Part shown: positions 12,201 through 24,800 of the stretch, piece by piece
Numbering within the stretch: position 1 is the first letter of the stretch
Layout: each line of letters opens with the position of its first letter
Assembly (NCBI GenBank): GCA_976226885.1
Contig: OZ320316.1
Location: 75,144,001-75,208,000 of the forward strand
Source of the DNA: Iphione sp. A-MEVVRFRX5
Taxonomy: Eukaryota
Direction: 5' to 3'
Length of the DNA: 64,000 nucleotides
Program-made: the position numbers and the translations under genes
The notes under the pieces: model-generated
Told to the model about the DNA's origin: nothing
Databases searched by the model: none
Seen by the model: only the letters and a program-made list of their open reading frames with translations

Positions 12201-15200
12201 AGGCTAGGAAGTCACAGCCCAATCACCCTAATGCCCCCGAGTGACCCCAACTGCAAATGCTACCCCTTTGAGTATCCCTGTATTGTTTCTATGGGTAGGT
12301 GATCATAGTGGACTTGCCCTAATGCCTGTCATCTACCAAATGTCTTTATTTTCCCTATACTCTATGTGGTCCAGTTAAAGCAACATTGATTTCATTTCAT
12401 TAGAGATGATATCTGGATGTTCAGGACAAAATTTAACAAAAATATTCCCATTCTCTTAAACCTGGGCCGGTTGTCATAGTAGTCAGGTTGATGGGAATCT
12501 GGTTGTTGAGGTTCGATTGTCCACCACCTGGTAAATTGTTTCGCATTGTGGCTAGATGTGTGTACGTGATTGTAGGTGTATGTAAGGGGACAAAGTCTGT
12601 TTATGTGTAGACAGTTGTTTATATGAATGTAGCTGGTAGATAGAGTCAAAGTACAGACCATTGCTGGCTATAATGTACGAGCTTTGCAAAAGTGGATGAG
12701 CATACTTTAGAACCAGTAATGGTCTGTATGAGGACTTTATCTTATTGAAAGTAATCCCGCTGCTGCAAATGAATGATGTGTTAATTGAGTCAATAGGACT
12801 GGGTCCAGCAAGCTGATAGTCAATATGGCCTATAAGATAAATATCATTGTTAGATCAACAAGGCAAAGCCGAGGAGATCATTCAAGTGCCAATCAAGAGC
12901 TTTCTTGGATCTGTTCCTAGTTATATTATGTAGATTAGTGTATGACTGCGTATGTAGATGTAGGTGCATATGTGCATATGTACACGTGTTCACGGCACTG
13001 TGTGTATGTTTGTGCTAGTGTTAGCTTGTATAGATCTCCGTGTGTAGGCACACACGTGTACTTGTACATCTACATGATGTATATTGCATAGAGCGTGTGC
13101 GCACATATACATATTTCAGATAAACCGCAATGATTGTCGAGCGATGGACAGGAAGGTGTCAGATCAAGATCTATATAAGAATATCGAAAATACAGGCTCT
13201 CAACTTTCGCTTTATATTCCGGTCGCTAAAACATTTCAGACATAAACTCTATTGACACTGTTTCCTGAGACTGTGTGTAGCTGAACTGGCGGGTCAAATC
13301 ATTCGACACATGTGCTTCATTCGTTCGCCAGGTGGCGGCACGCTCCTGAGAGAAACGCCCTTCTTTATCATGGGCACCGATCAAAGGTGCCACCTGGCAA
13401 GAGCTTTTTTAACTAAAACCCGAGAGCCATTCTCAAGATACCACCAAATAAATAGTCTATGCCATGGTCGTGATGAAGGCTACATTCTAGAGAGTGTGTG
13501 GTGGTATTCCATCTCTGAATTAATTTGTTCATCGTATCTGCTTTGTTTTTTTGTTGTTTTTTTTTGGGGGGGGGGGTCAAAAATCCCACACAACCTTACT
13601 CTCTACACTCCTGTTCCGCGCAAGTGAAGCAAGAATATCTTTCCCTCTCGTTTAAAAAGAAAGACAAACGCCTATGTCTAATAAATGCTGTGATGTATTT
13701 TTAATCGTCGATTGTCGATAGATTAAAAGGTACGAACACGATGGAATAATTGGACAAGTATACAAGAGTTTACTTCAATGGCGACATGATAGCATATAGT
13801 GAAGAATATGAAAACAGGTAGGCTACATACACCTCCAGAGGCCGGATATACAATACTGTCAGGGGCAATAAATGTTCGTGGGCTGACGAAATGGATGTAC
13901 AGACATTAAGAGACTGTTAGAGTTAATTCACATTCACTAGGATGGACATTACCGTATGAAGTTAACTGTTAAATAGATATTTTTCAAAATTGGTAGGTGT
14001 CTAAACATCAAATTAATTTTTTAACAAACGAAAACAATGCCTGCATACACATTATAGTCCTAAACGTGAGTAAGACATTTAATACGATATAACTCTTGCC
14101 CACCCTTTTACCCATACATATTTGAGCATTCATTTTTTATTCATGGAGTTATTTACTTTTTAAATACCCTCCTTGGCGTGCTTCAGTTCACCTGGACATA
14201 AAAGACCCAACACTATTCACAATCATTCGAGAAAGGCAGATAATATAATTGCTACACTGCCCCCTATTGTAAAGCGGTGAAACTGGAGCAACACTGTCGC
14301 CCTCTTTCGGTCCATCACCTCAGGCATCAATACACACCTCATGTAACTAAAGTTGCTGACAAAGTTGATGTTTATAGACAAAAAATTACCCTTTTATTTA
14401 CAACTCCTATACCCAGAACGTATCAGCCACACAATAGCCACATGGAAAAAATAATTACATTAGAGATACAAATCATTCCCGATCACTTTTCAAGTGTTAG
14501 GAACATGCTGAGAAATACTTTATACAGAACCTCGTATATAAAAGGAAGAAAGAAATTACACAGCAGCATCGCTTTGAAAGTCTGAAAGTATATCAGTGGC
14601 TTACGCCGTATCTTCAGAGAAAATCCTGTCAGTTGTTTGGTGTTCACGAATTCCTTGTTGGTCAACCCTCCAAAGAAAACTATTTTAGCACACATGACAC
14701 CTATAACACGGAGGTTACAGACTTATAGTTGAAAATCTTTATGTAAAACGTAAACGTATGACATGGCAGAGTTCCTCTGAGATATGCATCCGTTGCATGG
14801 AAGGTATTCCATCAAAGCGCATGTGGAATTCATGAAAATGACAGCAATAAGTGGTACTATGGCTGCCTCAGGACCAGTATCTTACACACCCGGATGCAAA
14901 ATTCAGTCATGCTATTCTAACATATGTACAGGTGGGGAGTGTATGTACCTGGGGCAGGATAATGGTTACATTCAGAGACGGGTGGATTTGCCATGCACAG
15001 ACATTGTCCATGGAGGCGCCCAAGTGGGGCAAATCTCCGGCAGAATCAGCGCATGCAATCAGACAATTGCATAAGATATAGGGGAGCATATAAATACAAT
15101 CAGGACCGTATGCCTTTATGCCGAGAAGTGATCCTGTTCCGTGTGCCTTTCTTCGTGTCGAGACTCTTCTTTTGACTGAGGATCACGCCCTCCCGTAGAG

Positions 15201-15625
15201 ATCATGCCGGTAGCGTGTCTGTAATCAATAATTTCTATCTTACATAAAGCTTCACCTCCTGGTTCCACGGAGTTCCGCGATGCCCTTAATATGGAAGAAC
15301 GCTTGCATAGGAAAACAAAATAGTTTCAACCAAAAGCAAAACCGTCGTAGACAATGATTCGGTTTCGAAGGAAAATCATTTACGTAATTTGATGTATCAG
15401 AAACCGCACATGCCGGTCTTTCTTGACGTTTTGCAATGTCCACATAAGCAAAATACATTCATATTACTTGATTCAATGAAAAGAGTCCCATCTTATAACG
15501 GAAGGGATTTTTTTTCCTCCTTGGAGTAAATGCATTTAATGTTGCCAGTGATACGAGGGCGTGATTTCCAACGACGGTGCCGTGTTTGCTCGCAGAGTGT
15601 TCTCTCTCGAGGGTATGCCTCCAGA

Positions 15626-15822
15626 TCATCTCCAGCGGCGGGATAGCAGTAAGGTTATGAGAACAACACAAATGGTGTGTAGCAAAGTCCTGCAGAAGCG
15701 CATATGCAGGAGAGGCACGGCCGAGGATGGGTCGCCCTCCCGCACCAGTCCCTGACCTTCGCCGACGGGCGCCCCGCCACGGATACCCTGCTCAATTTCA
15801 TATCTGCCTTCGGTGCAGTCCA
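15626..15822 (-). CDS. Terminal coding exon: DCTEGRYEIEQG...TLLHTICVVLITLLLSRRWR*; hydrophobic tail (transmembrane helix or GPI signal)
   Basis: Acceptor cttctctcttttttccag, phase 1 matches B6, TGA stop. Confidence 0.82.
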
Positions 15823-18800
15823 CTGGAAAAAAGAGAGAAGAAACCTATGATGTAAGCTTAGAGTTCGGTGTACATTACATATTGCGCGTGACTGTGACTT
15901 CATGTACGGGCGTATAATATGTTGTCTGTTCCCTGTGCATGGAAGCTCTAAATACGTTTATCGTGTGCATGTATATATATTCCATGCATGTTGCGTGCCT
16001 TGCTCTCAGGCATTCGATACATCATCGTTTTAAAAATATCGTGGAAGTCTCAGATAAGCGAGACGCTCGTAACTCGATCGGCATTTACCAAACTACTCAG
16101 ACATCCTTTCCTTGCAGTATCATTTGATGTACCAAACATGACTAAACACGTCCACTGTTATAGCATTTGGTCTAACTAATTATAAAGCCATTCAGTATAT
16201 TCAAATCCATTAAAGGAACATTTCACGTAACAGTTGCACAATATAAAGAATATCTGGTATTTTCTCATGAACACACACGTTCATGACTTTAAATAGCATC
16301 TCCCGTGTTACGAAAAACAAGTGCAACAGTTTTCATGGCGGGAAAACATGTCCTCTTTGTGACGGACCATGTTTGAAGAAGGCGTGTTTTTTATGTCATA
16401 TTTATTGTGTCTATCCTGAAGTGGAAGCGGCGTTCTCGAAACGATACCCGAGATTTACAAGATCTCTTGACACAAACTGCACATTAAGAATAATACCATC
16501 ATTCGTTGGCCATAGTACAAAGAAGCACACCTTTTAAAGCTACCACTACCATAAATCACGCACTTTTCCGTGTGTCAATGGAACATGAGTTCTACCTAAA
16601 CTGTCGCGTTTCGCTTTATGCTTCCGGACACACCCAACTTCTAACGCGTTTCATGGTCTTTGTTTTTTTTCATATTTGCACCGAAGTGTGCGATCAAAAA
16701 TTCTTTCAACGGGAAACACCCAACAGAATTACTAATTTTGCCGAACACTTTTGCACCCTTGAAAGTTTCTTAGATATACATTGTATATATATATGTGAGA
16801 TTTAAGATATCCCTTTGCATTACCAAGGACCTTTGGTTTTCTTGAATATATTTCCCGAATAAAAAAAGGGGAAAGCTCAGATAAAGGCAATCAGCGAATG
16901 GTGTTTTACAGTGTACGCTGTATATAATTTGGTAATTTGTCACTTTCATAACTGTTTTCTAAGGGTCCTGTTCTAACTGAATAATATAGTATCAGTTTTT
17001 TTGCTCGAAAATGATGTATCGGGACCTAAGTTTTTAAATATAACCAACTTTAGAAAAAGAAAAATACAACTTGTCAAACAGGAGAGGCTCAGAAGACAGG
17101 GTTTTACAATAATGAAGAAAGGCTTGGTTGTGTACTTTTAGAACAGAGAAAATATGCCCGGTGACATGTACCAGCCCTAAACATCTTACACGTAAGTACA
17201 TGTAAATTAACCTCACCCAAACCAAAACGCCCCACCTTAAGAGTTGAATGCCAGTAACGAACAGAGAGTAGACAGAAGTAACAAGAAAGGCGTTGGGAAT
17301 ATGAGACCGAGAAGGAAGGGTACAAACAAACTTTGGCAACAGTAACCCGAAGAGCTGCAGCTTGCTCAGGCCAAATTGCCTTCAGGGCGTGAGTGAAGTA
17401 GGGACGAGTTATGCATGGGAAAGGACATACGGAGGAGAAAAAAGCGTCAACCACTCTCGGATGACACTTCCTCTCTTCCCTCAGGGCGTCCAGAAACGCA
17501 TTTTCGTGGACAGCTGCCGTCTTTGGTGGTGTGGAAAATCCGTCAAAACAGGCGATCTGCTGTGACGTAAAAGGCTGCAATTTACCGCGGCAAGCGGTAC
17601 TAAGAAAGCTAAAGCTGTCTTATGCCAAAATTCCCATAGACCCAGCTGTATGCAGATTTCATGAAATGTCTCCTTGTGAAATGTCAACTTCAGAAGCCTT
17701 ATTCAATTGATTGCAGAAGCCGCGCAGTGTCTATGCTATCGGGCCTGACTGAGGTATAAGGTCAGCATGGTTTTGCCGCATAATGTAGTAGTTGATATTG
17801 GTCAAAGCAAGATCCACATGTGGACCTTGAAAGAAAGCCCTATTTTACGTAAATATGAATGGGGAGCAGCATGTGTATAATGGCATTCCAACAGCTGTGA
17901 TTCAGGCACAGTTTACTCACGCTTGGCGGCCGAGCCCGAGCCCTTCAACAAACTGTAGGGGGCAGGCCGAATGTAGCCCAACTGAGATGCTGGACGGCTT
18001 CCCATTCGTTACCCCCATGAAAGCTGTTATCCTACGTGGAGGTCGCTGCAGTGGCCTCAGCCGCACTTCTTTTTAGCTTAATCGTCTTTGAAGAGCTAGA
18101 TGCGATCTTCTCGTTGCACGTTTATTTAATATATATCGACAGACCTTACCATTTTGCAAAATACCTTAATCGGTCTTCATTCATTCCTAATCGAACAACA
18201 CGCGCATGATTGTCCGAAATAAATGCTTTTGAGGTCTGGCTTTTATCTTGTTTTACCTGTCTTTCCAATGTCGAACAAACGCTAGTTTTGGTGGGAACGC
18301 TTTCCATGGTAGACATATGCCAAATAGGACGTTACATCACTCAAAAGGGTTTTAACTTTTATTTCGTATGGAGCTTATCGTGGACCCGTACTTCTATATA
18401 TGATACACTTTCTGTTTTATATAGCATTAAGATTAGGACATCTAGACGTAGTAATATACGATACAGAAATAACACCAGTTCCTTGTAAATATGCTGAGGG
18501 ATATAACAATCAGAAAGCAAATACATGTAACGGGCTGTTGAGGAGAACAATACATAACAAGAAAAACGTTTCAGTATAGCACAACAAAAGCAATATCTAA
18601 CAATTTTGATTGATGTAGGCGGCGACTATGCGGAACGGAAAAAATCTCAAAAAGCAGAGACGCTTAGTCCTGCGATCACAACAAGGACATGTGGATTTGG
18701 CAAAATAAGTACCTACAAGTACTTTAAAAGCCATTACTCATTTTATTCTTTATCAGAATAAAAAAAGATAAAAATATTTGATATCCAAGTGCTTGAGGGA

Positions 18801-21800
18801 GTCACTTATAATGGCTTCATGACAGATGAACTTACTATGTGAGAGAATAGATAGGTCGTTAGTCTACTCACCGCTGGGCCCGGAGAACTTATAACGATTG
18901 ATTTTGTTGAAGAAGTAGGGCGCGCCTAGATTACAGTTACGATCAGTGTACAACTGAAAGGTGTTGCTATCTTTTTCCAAGGCCTGCAGTGGAGAAAAGA
19001 CCTCTGGTAACAATCATATTCGACAATCGTCTGAAAGTTCGTAATAATACCATGTAGAACAATACCGACAATGGTGGCCTGAATAGATTACGAGAATATT
19101 TCGAAATACACAGGATATAATTTTAATGAACGACATACATAACAGTTTGATTGCATTCCATCATCACCAAGTCGCCGGGCAATGATATATCGACGGTCCT
19201 CCTCCTCCCACGTCTTAAGACACTCCAGATGACCTCCTGAAAAATAAATGCACAAGTTTGAGATCTGAAACAACGCAGACAAAAACGGCTCGAAGCCTCT
19301 TCTGACCTAGGAAACTACATTTCTGATTAAAAACCAAGTTCTGTCAACTTCATGTCCTCGTTTATCATACATGTATTTCAGAGGTATGATCCTTCCCGTA
19401 ACTCCATTTCAATCACGAAGTTTCGCTTGCACTGAAAGGCAGTAACATGCAAGCCTTGACCTTTGAATTCTCGGCTCAGTGCATGCAACATGACCATCTA
19501 TGTTCTTCCATTACACACACACATGCACACACACACACATACACACTGAATTCTACTTTGGTATGCAAGTGAACTTAAGCTGCAAATACAGTAGCCCCTC
19601 GCTATTCCAACGGTCCTTGAAATGATTCTGCCTGCAATAGCGAGATATTGGAAAAGAGGTTTTCTTATACAAATATTCATTCACTTCTAGGAGGCTTTGT
19701 GTGGAATAGCGAGGTGCCTGGAATTTGTGGCTGTTGGAATGGAGGTTCCAGTGGAGTTTGTTGCCTTGTAAAACTTTGAAATGTATGCTTGCTGTAATGA
19801 CGACTGTGTTACTGCAACTGAACATCAAATGGATATATTTTCAATACTCTTCGGAGTTTAAGTGACCAAGCATGGTTTATGATTTTGTTTTTACATTCCC
19901 GAATAGACAATGATGTTAAATCTTTCGTTTGCATATTAAAGCCCTAGCTGTTACACTTGGTCAAAAGTACATAGTTGAAGCCACTGAATGGCTATCTCTT
20001 GTAACAGCAGTGCGCCACACTAAAAAGATCAACAACTTGTACTGGAAAAACAAGGGGTGATTTCTATAAGATTAAATTAGACAACTGATTTCAGAAGGGA
20101 AAAGATAACACGGTTCGGACCATGTTAACATTTTGCAAATTTCCCTGGAGTTTCCAGTTGCCGTCAAAACGATGTTCTTCTTACTCATGGGCGGCAGCGA
20201 TTACGATGAAAAATAAGTCCATGAGAATTTTGCCAGAGTACTTCGACGGATGCTTGTATTACAGTCAAGACATGCAATCACCCGGGTGCTAGTTACGAAC
20301 GAGATGTAATTGCGTGCCAACCGTCCTGCCACAAGCCGCGGCAGAACTTGAAAATGCTTGTTGTCACGAAAGCTCCATACGGGCGTACATCTGTGAAGCA
20401 GACATCAAGCACCACCTCCACCCTGCCCTGACAGCAGTGGGGCTTTCTTCCTGCTCACTGCGGGCAAATCATACGGCATATTTATGTCATGCTGCTGCTT
20501 CTCTTCGACTAGGAAAATGAAATGTTCATTAGCGATTGAAGTCCTATGCATACATTCTTTTAATCGTTGTAGGGCAGGGACCCCTGAGAAGCAACTTGAT
20601 TTTCACAAGATAAGAATTATACTATCACTTTCTTATAATTTCATAAATGAAATGAAACTTTGATAAATTACATGTACCTACGGGAGCAGGTTATATAACT
20701 AAGAAACGCATGGTCCTCTATTAATTGTGTCTTTCCCGAACCACCACGGTCCGACATATCTTATGACCTTCTGCCGAATTCTCGTGAGTTTTTTTTTCTC
20801 TGAGTGGTTCTTTCGGGACAGCCGCCTGGCGATGCGTGTCGTTCCAAATTCACTTAGTATCCTGGAGAAGGTGTCATACCGACTCTCAGCTCGCTCTTTT
20901 GCTGTGTCGCCCAGCGGTTGCGACCGTGCGACGATGGCCAACCCGGATGTTAGCCGTCTGTAAATTCAATTTGGCTGCAATTTGCATTCGGCTGCAAGCG
21001 ACGACATGCAGCGGACGGCTTCTACAGGGCGAGAGGCCAATCCCCGTTGGCTGACTCACGAACAATTGGTCTCTTGGCCCCCTGCACGTTAGGTGAAACC
21101 AAGTGGTTGGCACTGTTTAAGTACAGGCCGCATCGATCGCCAACCAAAGATGAAAATTAACTGTCAGTAGCGTGATAACCTTTATTATGGGACTGAAATC
21201 AAGTACCCTCAGTGGATTTTGACACCATTTGGAAATAAAATTAGTATACAGCTCCGAATACGAATAACTCCAGCCGCAATATATCCACATTCATTTAAAA
21301 AATATAAAGCTTCAAAGTCACATGTTAATTTTTCAGAAAAAAACACACATACATGGAACGACGAAGAAGCAACGAATGCTATATTTACAGATGAACAAGA
21401 TATTTTGGGTGAACATCCTACCTGAAAGTATCAGGACCAATGTTTGACCCGTTTCAAGCTGATGTACACGCGTATTTAAGAAATACAATAAGAAGCAGTA
21501 ATTTGGTGACAGAATTAACCAGCATAGCGTTCAAGGAATGTGCTAGGGTTGACAATTGTTCCCAAGCGGAGCTTCAAAGACTGTTTAATTTGCTCCTGTC
21601 ACTTGTGACCGCGTTACCGAAATTCTTTTCGTTTTATCATGAGGAATGAGGCGGTCATTTCAAATCGTTTATATTGACTACTTGCTTCCTTATCCAGTGT
21701 AGTGCAGCACCTTCAATGGTCTCGAAGACAAAGCCATGAGACTGTCTGCCATCCCACTATCCGGCCACCGTTGTTGAGTGGTCATATGGGGGCTATGAGT

Positions 21801-24800
21801 GCAATCTTTATTGCTGCGACAAATGACAGTAAATGTTTGCAGCATTTCAGCGGAGAGCCATTATTACTCGTGGGAACGTGCTACTCTGCATGAACCGTAA
21901 TCATGGCCAGGCAATGGCTTTATCTCCTGAGCCTTATAGCCTGCCACATCCACATGTACATGTATAGCGGCGCGGAACAGGATCCACTGCCCATGTATTT
22001 TGGACTTTCCTTCCTGTTCAACATTCGATATCATCATCTAATACAACCTGTCCCTCTACCTCCTGACCTTTACGATTCTTAGTGCCGTGCATTGGCCCAA
22101 TGCACAGTGCGTCGGATATTTTTCTGAACGACAGGTGTGGAATTAATAATAAATCTCATGAAGCATTCACACAAATGCCCTGCACGCATTGTGATCTGCT
22201 TTGACAGAAGGCTACAAAGGTTCTTGCAGCCCTGAACACAGTCATGTACAATACATAGTTCTTAGAGATAAATTCAGTAGTACTGAACATATATCAGGAT
22301 ATTCTCAATGAAGTTCGGGAAGTAAAATGAGATTAAGTTAAAAAAAATTAAAAGGGTCTTACCATTTCGCTGTCCAACTTCGGCTTCGCATTTACTATCA
22401 ATTTCAACGCCTATTGTAGATGTCCCATTACATCCAATATGTAGGTAACCATTGCACTCTGGCTGTGAATGCTCAAGTGCATATTTCCCCGGGAAGGGAC
22501 AGGGTTGTAGCTCCAGTTTTTGTGCTGTAACAAATACATCAGTGTATAGATATGTCGCGTAGGGCACTAGGTTTGAGTCACAGTCGTCGAATAGAACGAA
22601 ATGATAATACGAAATGATACGAAATGATAATGACGAATGTACTTGCATCTGTTCAGTTTTCTTATAGATACGCATTGCGAAACCGCCTACATGGACATTG
22701 AAGATTACGAATTTAGCTTCTATTTTGGCTGTCCATACAAGTCACACCTGAACAAGCAAGCCACTGCCAGCTCAGAGCATAATTAATTCATGCCTGGACC
22801 ACTACACACACTTCTGCCTGATCATACATCCTGTTTAAAGCCATTTTACATTTTATGGAAGATTACTTTCGTAACGTTTCCAGAATACAAAATCAATTGC
22901 TTAAGAACAAACATAAATCTAATAATTGACTGAGACAATATTGGAAGAGGGCTCTGGTGTAAGTTGGTGGTGTTTACTGTTTGTGATCCATTCTTTATCC
23001 GAAAAAGGAGAATTTATTTGATGAAAATGTAACATCTACGTACATCTCTTCGTCATGAATGTCTCCAAAAGGGTAAACACAAACAATTATGTGTCTGTCT
23101 TACAAAAAGACATTCTCATGTATAACTTTATTATCTTATCATATAGATGGAATTAGGTTGATCGAGGTTCACTGTTGAGTGGTATTACTATTTAAGTCAA
23201 AAGTGCAGAGGAAAACTTACGTATTACGAGGTGGTGACCCGTGCGATTGATGATGTCCGGCTCTAGACATCCTCTTATGCTGTTATCTTTGATTGTTCCT
23301 ATGTGAAAAGAAAATGGGGCTATTTTATTTACAAGTGGAATTCAGTGTACGTACGGTCAAGTTCAACAGTAACGTCTTTAGCTTGAAAACAATTTTCAAT
23401 TTATATGCACTAAACTAGGGCACAGCAGACAACATGATACTCTCCAGATAGCTCGAGTTATCCATCTTATATTCCCTAACTATCATAGAAGTCAACTGCC
23501 TTGGAAAGCTCAAAACCTGGTTGACAATGAAATTTAAAACTACCACAGCGGTCCTCATGCACAAGGCTGAGACGATTTGCAGATGCCCCATTGGAGACCG
23601 TACAGAAAGGGCTATAAAGATTATCTTTTTTTGATCATTCAAGGAAATCTTCACCAATGTGTGCCAGATCAAGATGAAGCCAAGCAATACTGAACACAAA
23701 GAAAGAAAGAGAGAGAGAGAGAGAGGGGAGGGGAGGAAGAAAAAAGAGCTAAAGAGGGAGGGGGAGAAAGCTGTAATGGTATATTGTGTGTGTTGCTCTT
23801 TGCAGAGGCCTTAGCCTTTCACCGCTGAGCGCACCGTGCACTTGGGTCGGTCATTTATCAGTGTGCACGCCAGTGCCGCAGAGGATGTGGTCTGAACGGC
23901 TAGTTCCGGCCGTTTTTGGTATCATTTTACCCGGAAGCGCCATCGTCTCCAGCGCTCTTGAATTAAACACACCAGGAGACCGTACGTAAAAAAAGACAGT
24001 GGAGCCTGGATCCTTGACTCGTGCACATGAAGTTTCCACCACGTTACGTTTTCGAGCCAATCGACTGGAAGAAGCCTTCAAAGCCCAGGCACTGCTCTTA
24101 TAATTCGTACCTTTTGATGTCCGCATCCATCCTGTATGTATGCGTTCTTGTAGCATGCAAGTTTAAGTCGAATTCAACCTACTTCCGTTAAAACAGCGAT
24201 GAGGTTGAATTTGTTTGACTTCATATCTTTGTTTGAAAATGACTTTGTATGTAAAATGAAGTTATTCCAATTATTTGCAAATAATGGCCTTTGGGAATTA
24301 TCTGAATTTGAATAATTTATTGAGCACATTACTCATGACATGGTTTTCAGATTCTAAGTCACAAGTTTTTAGTTGAATACAAAATAGCATCAACCAGAAA
24401 TTATGAGTATATAGTGATGCTAGATTGAGTCCAAGAGAAACAGAGAGATGTGACTTGTAATTCTTCGGTGAATTGTTCCATAAAACCTGCCTAGAGAGAG
24501 TTCTTTCCTTGATGTGACTGTTTCGTAAATACACATTGGCGAAGTATGTGACAGACACTAATCCGAAGAATAACAAATCATAAGCACGATACAGAAATAA
24601 GAGAACCCGCTGTTCATCAATTCTAACTCGTTTGCTGCCTTGGGGCAAACTCACAACGTTTACCGCGCTGGCTCCTTCTCATTAAGTAGAGCGTTATCTA
24701 TAGCTATTTATTCATAAGCACCGCGAGTGTTTGTACCACCAGTTGATTGTCGGCGTTAATGACATTGGGCCTCAACCGGGGGTAGCGCCTTTGTTGCCGG

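Noticed and set aside
17104-17580. 158-aa minus-strand ORF inside the last intron
   Set aside because: It has no motif and no compatible splice sites, and B6 joins the terminal exon in frame without it.
17921-18045. Exon-like segment ending in a gtgagt donor, considered as an alternative B6
   Set aside because: The acceptor is weak and the open frame ends in phase 2, incompatible with the terminal exon.
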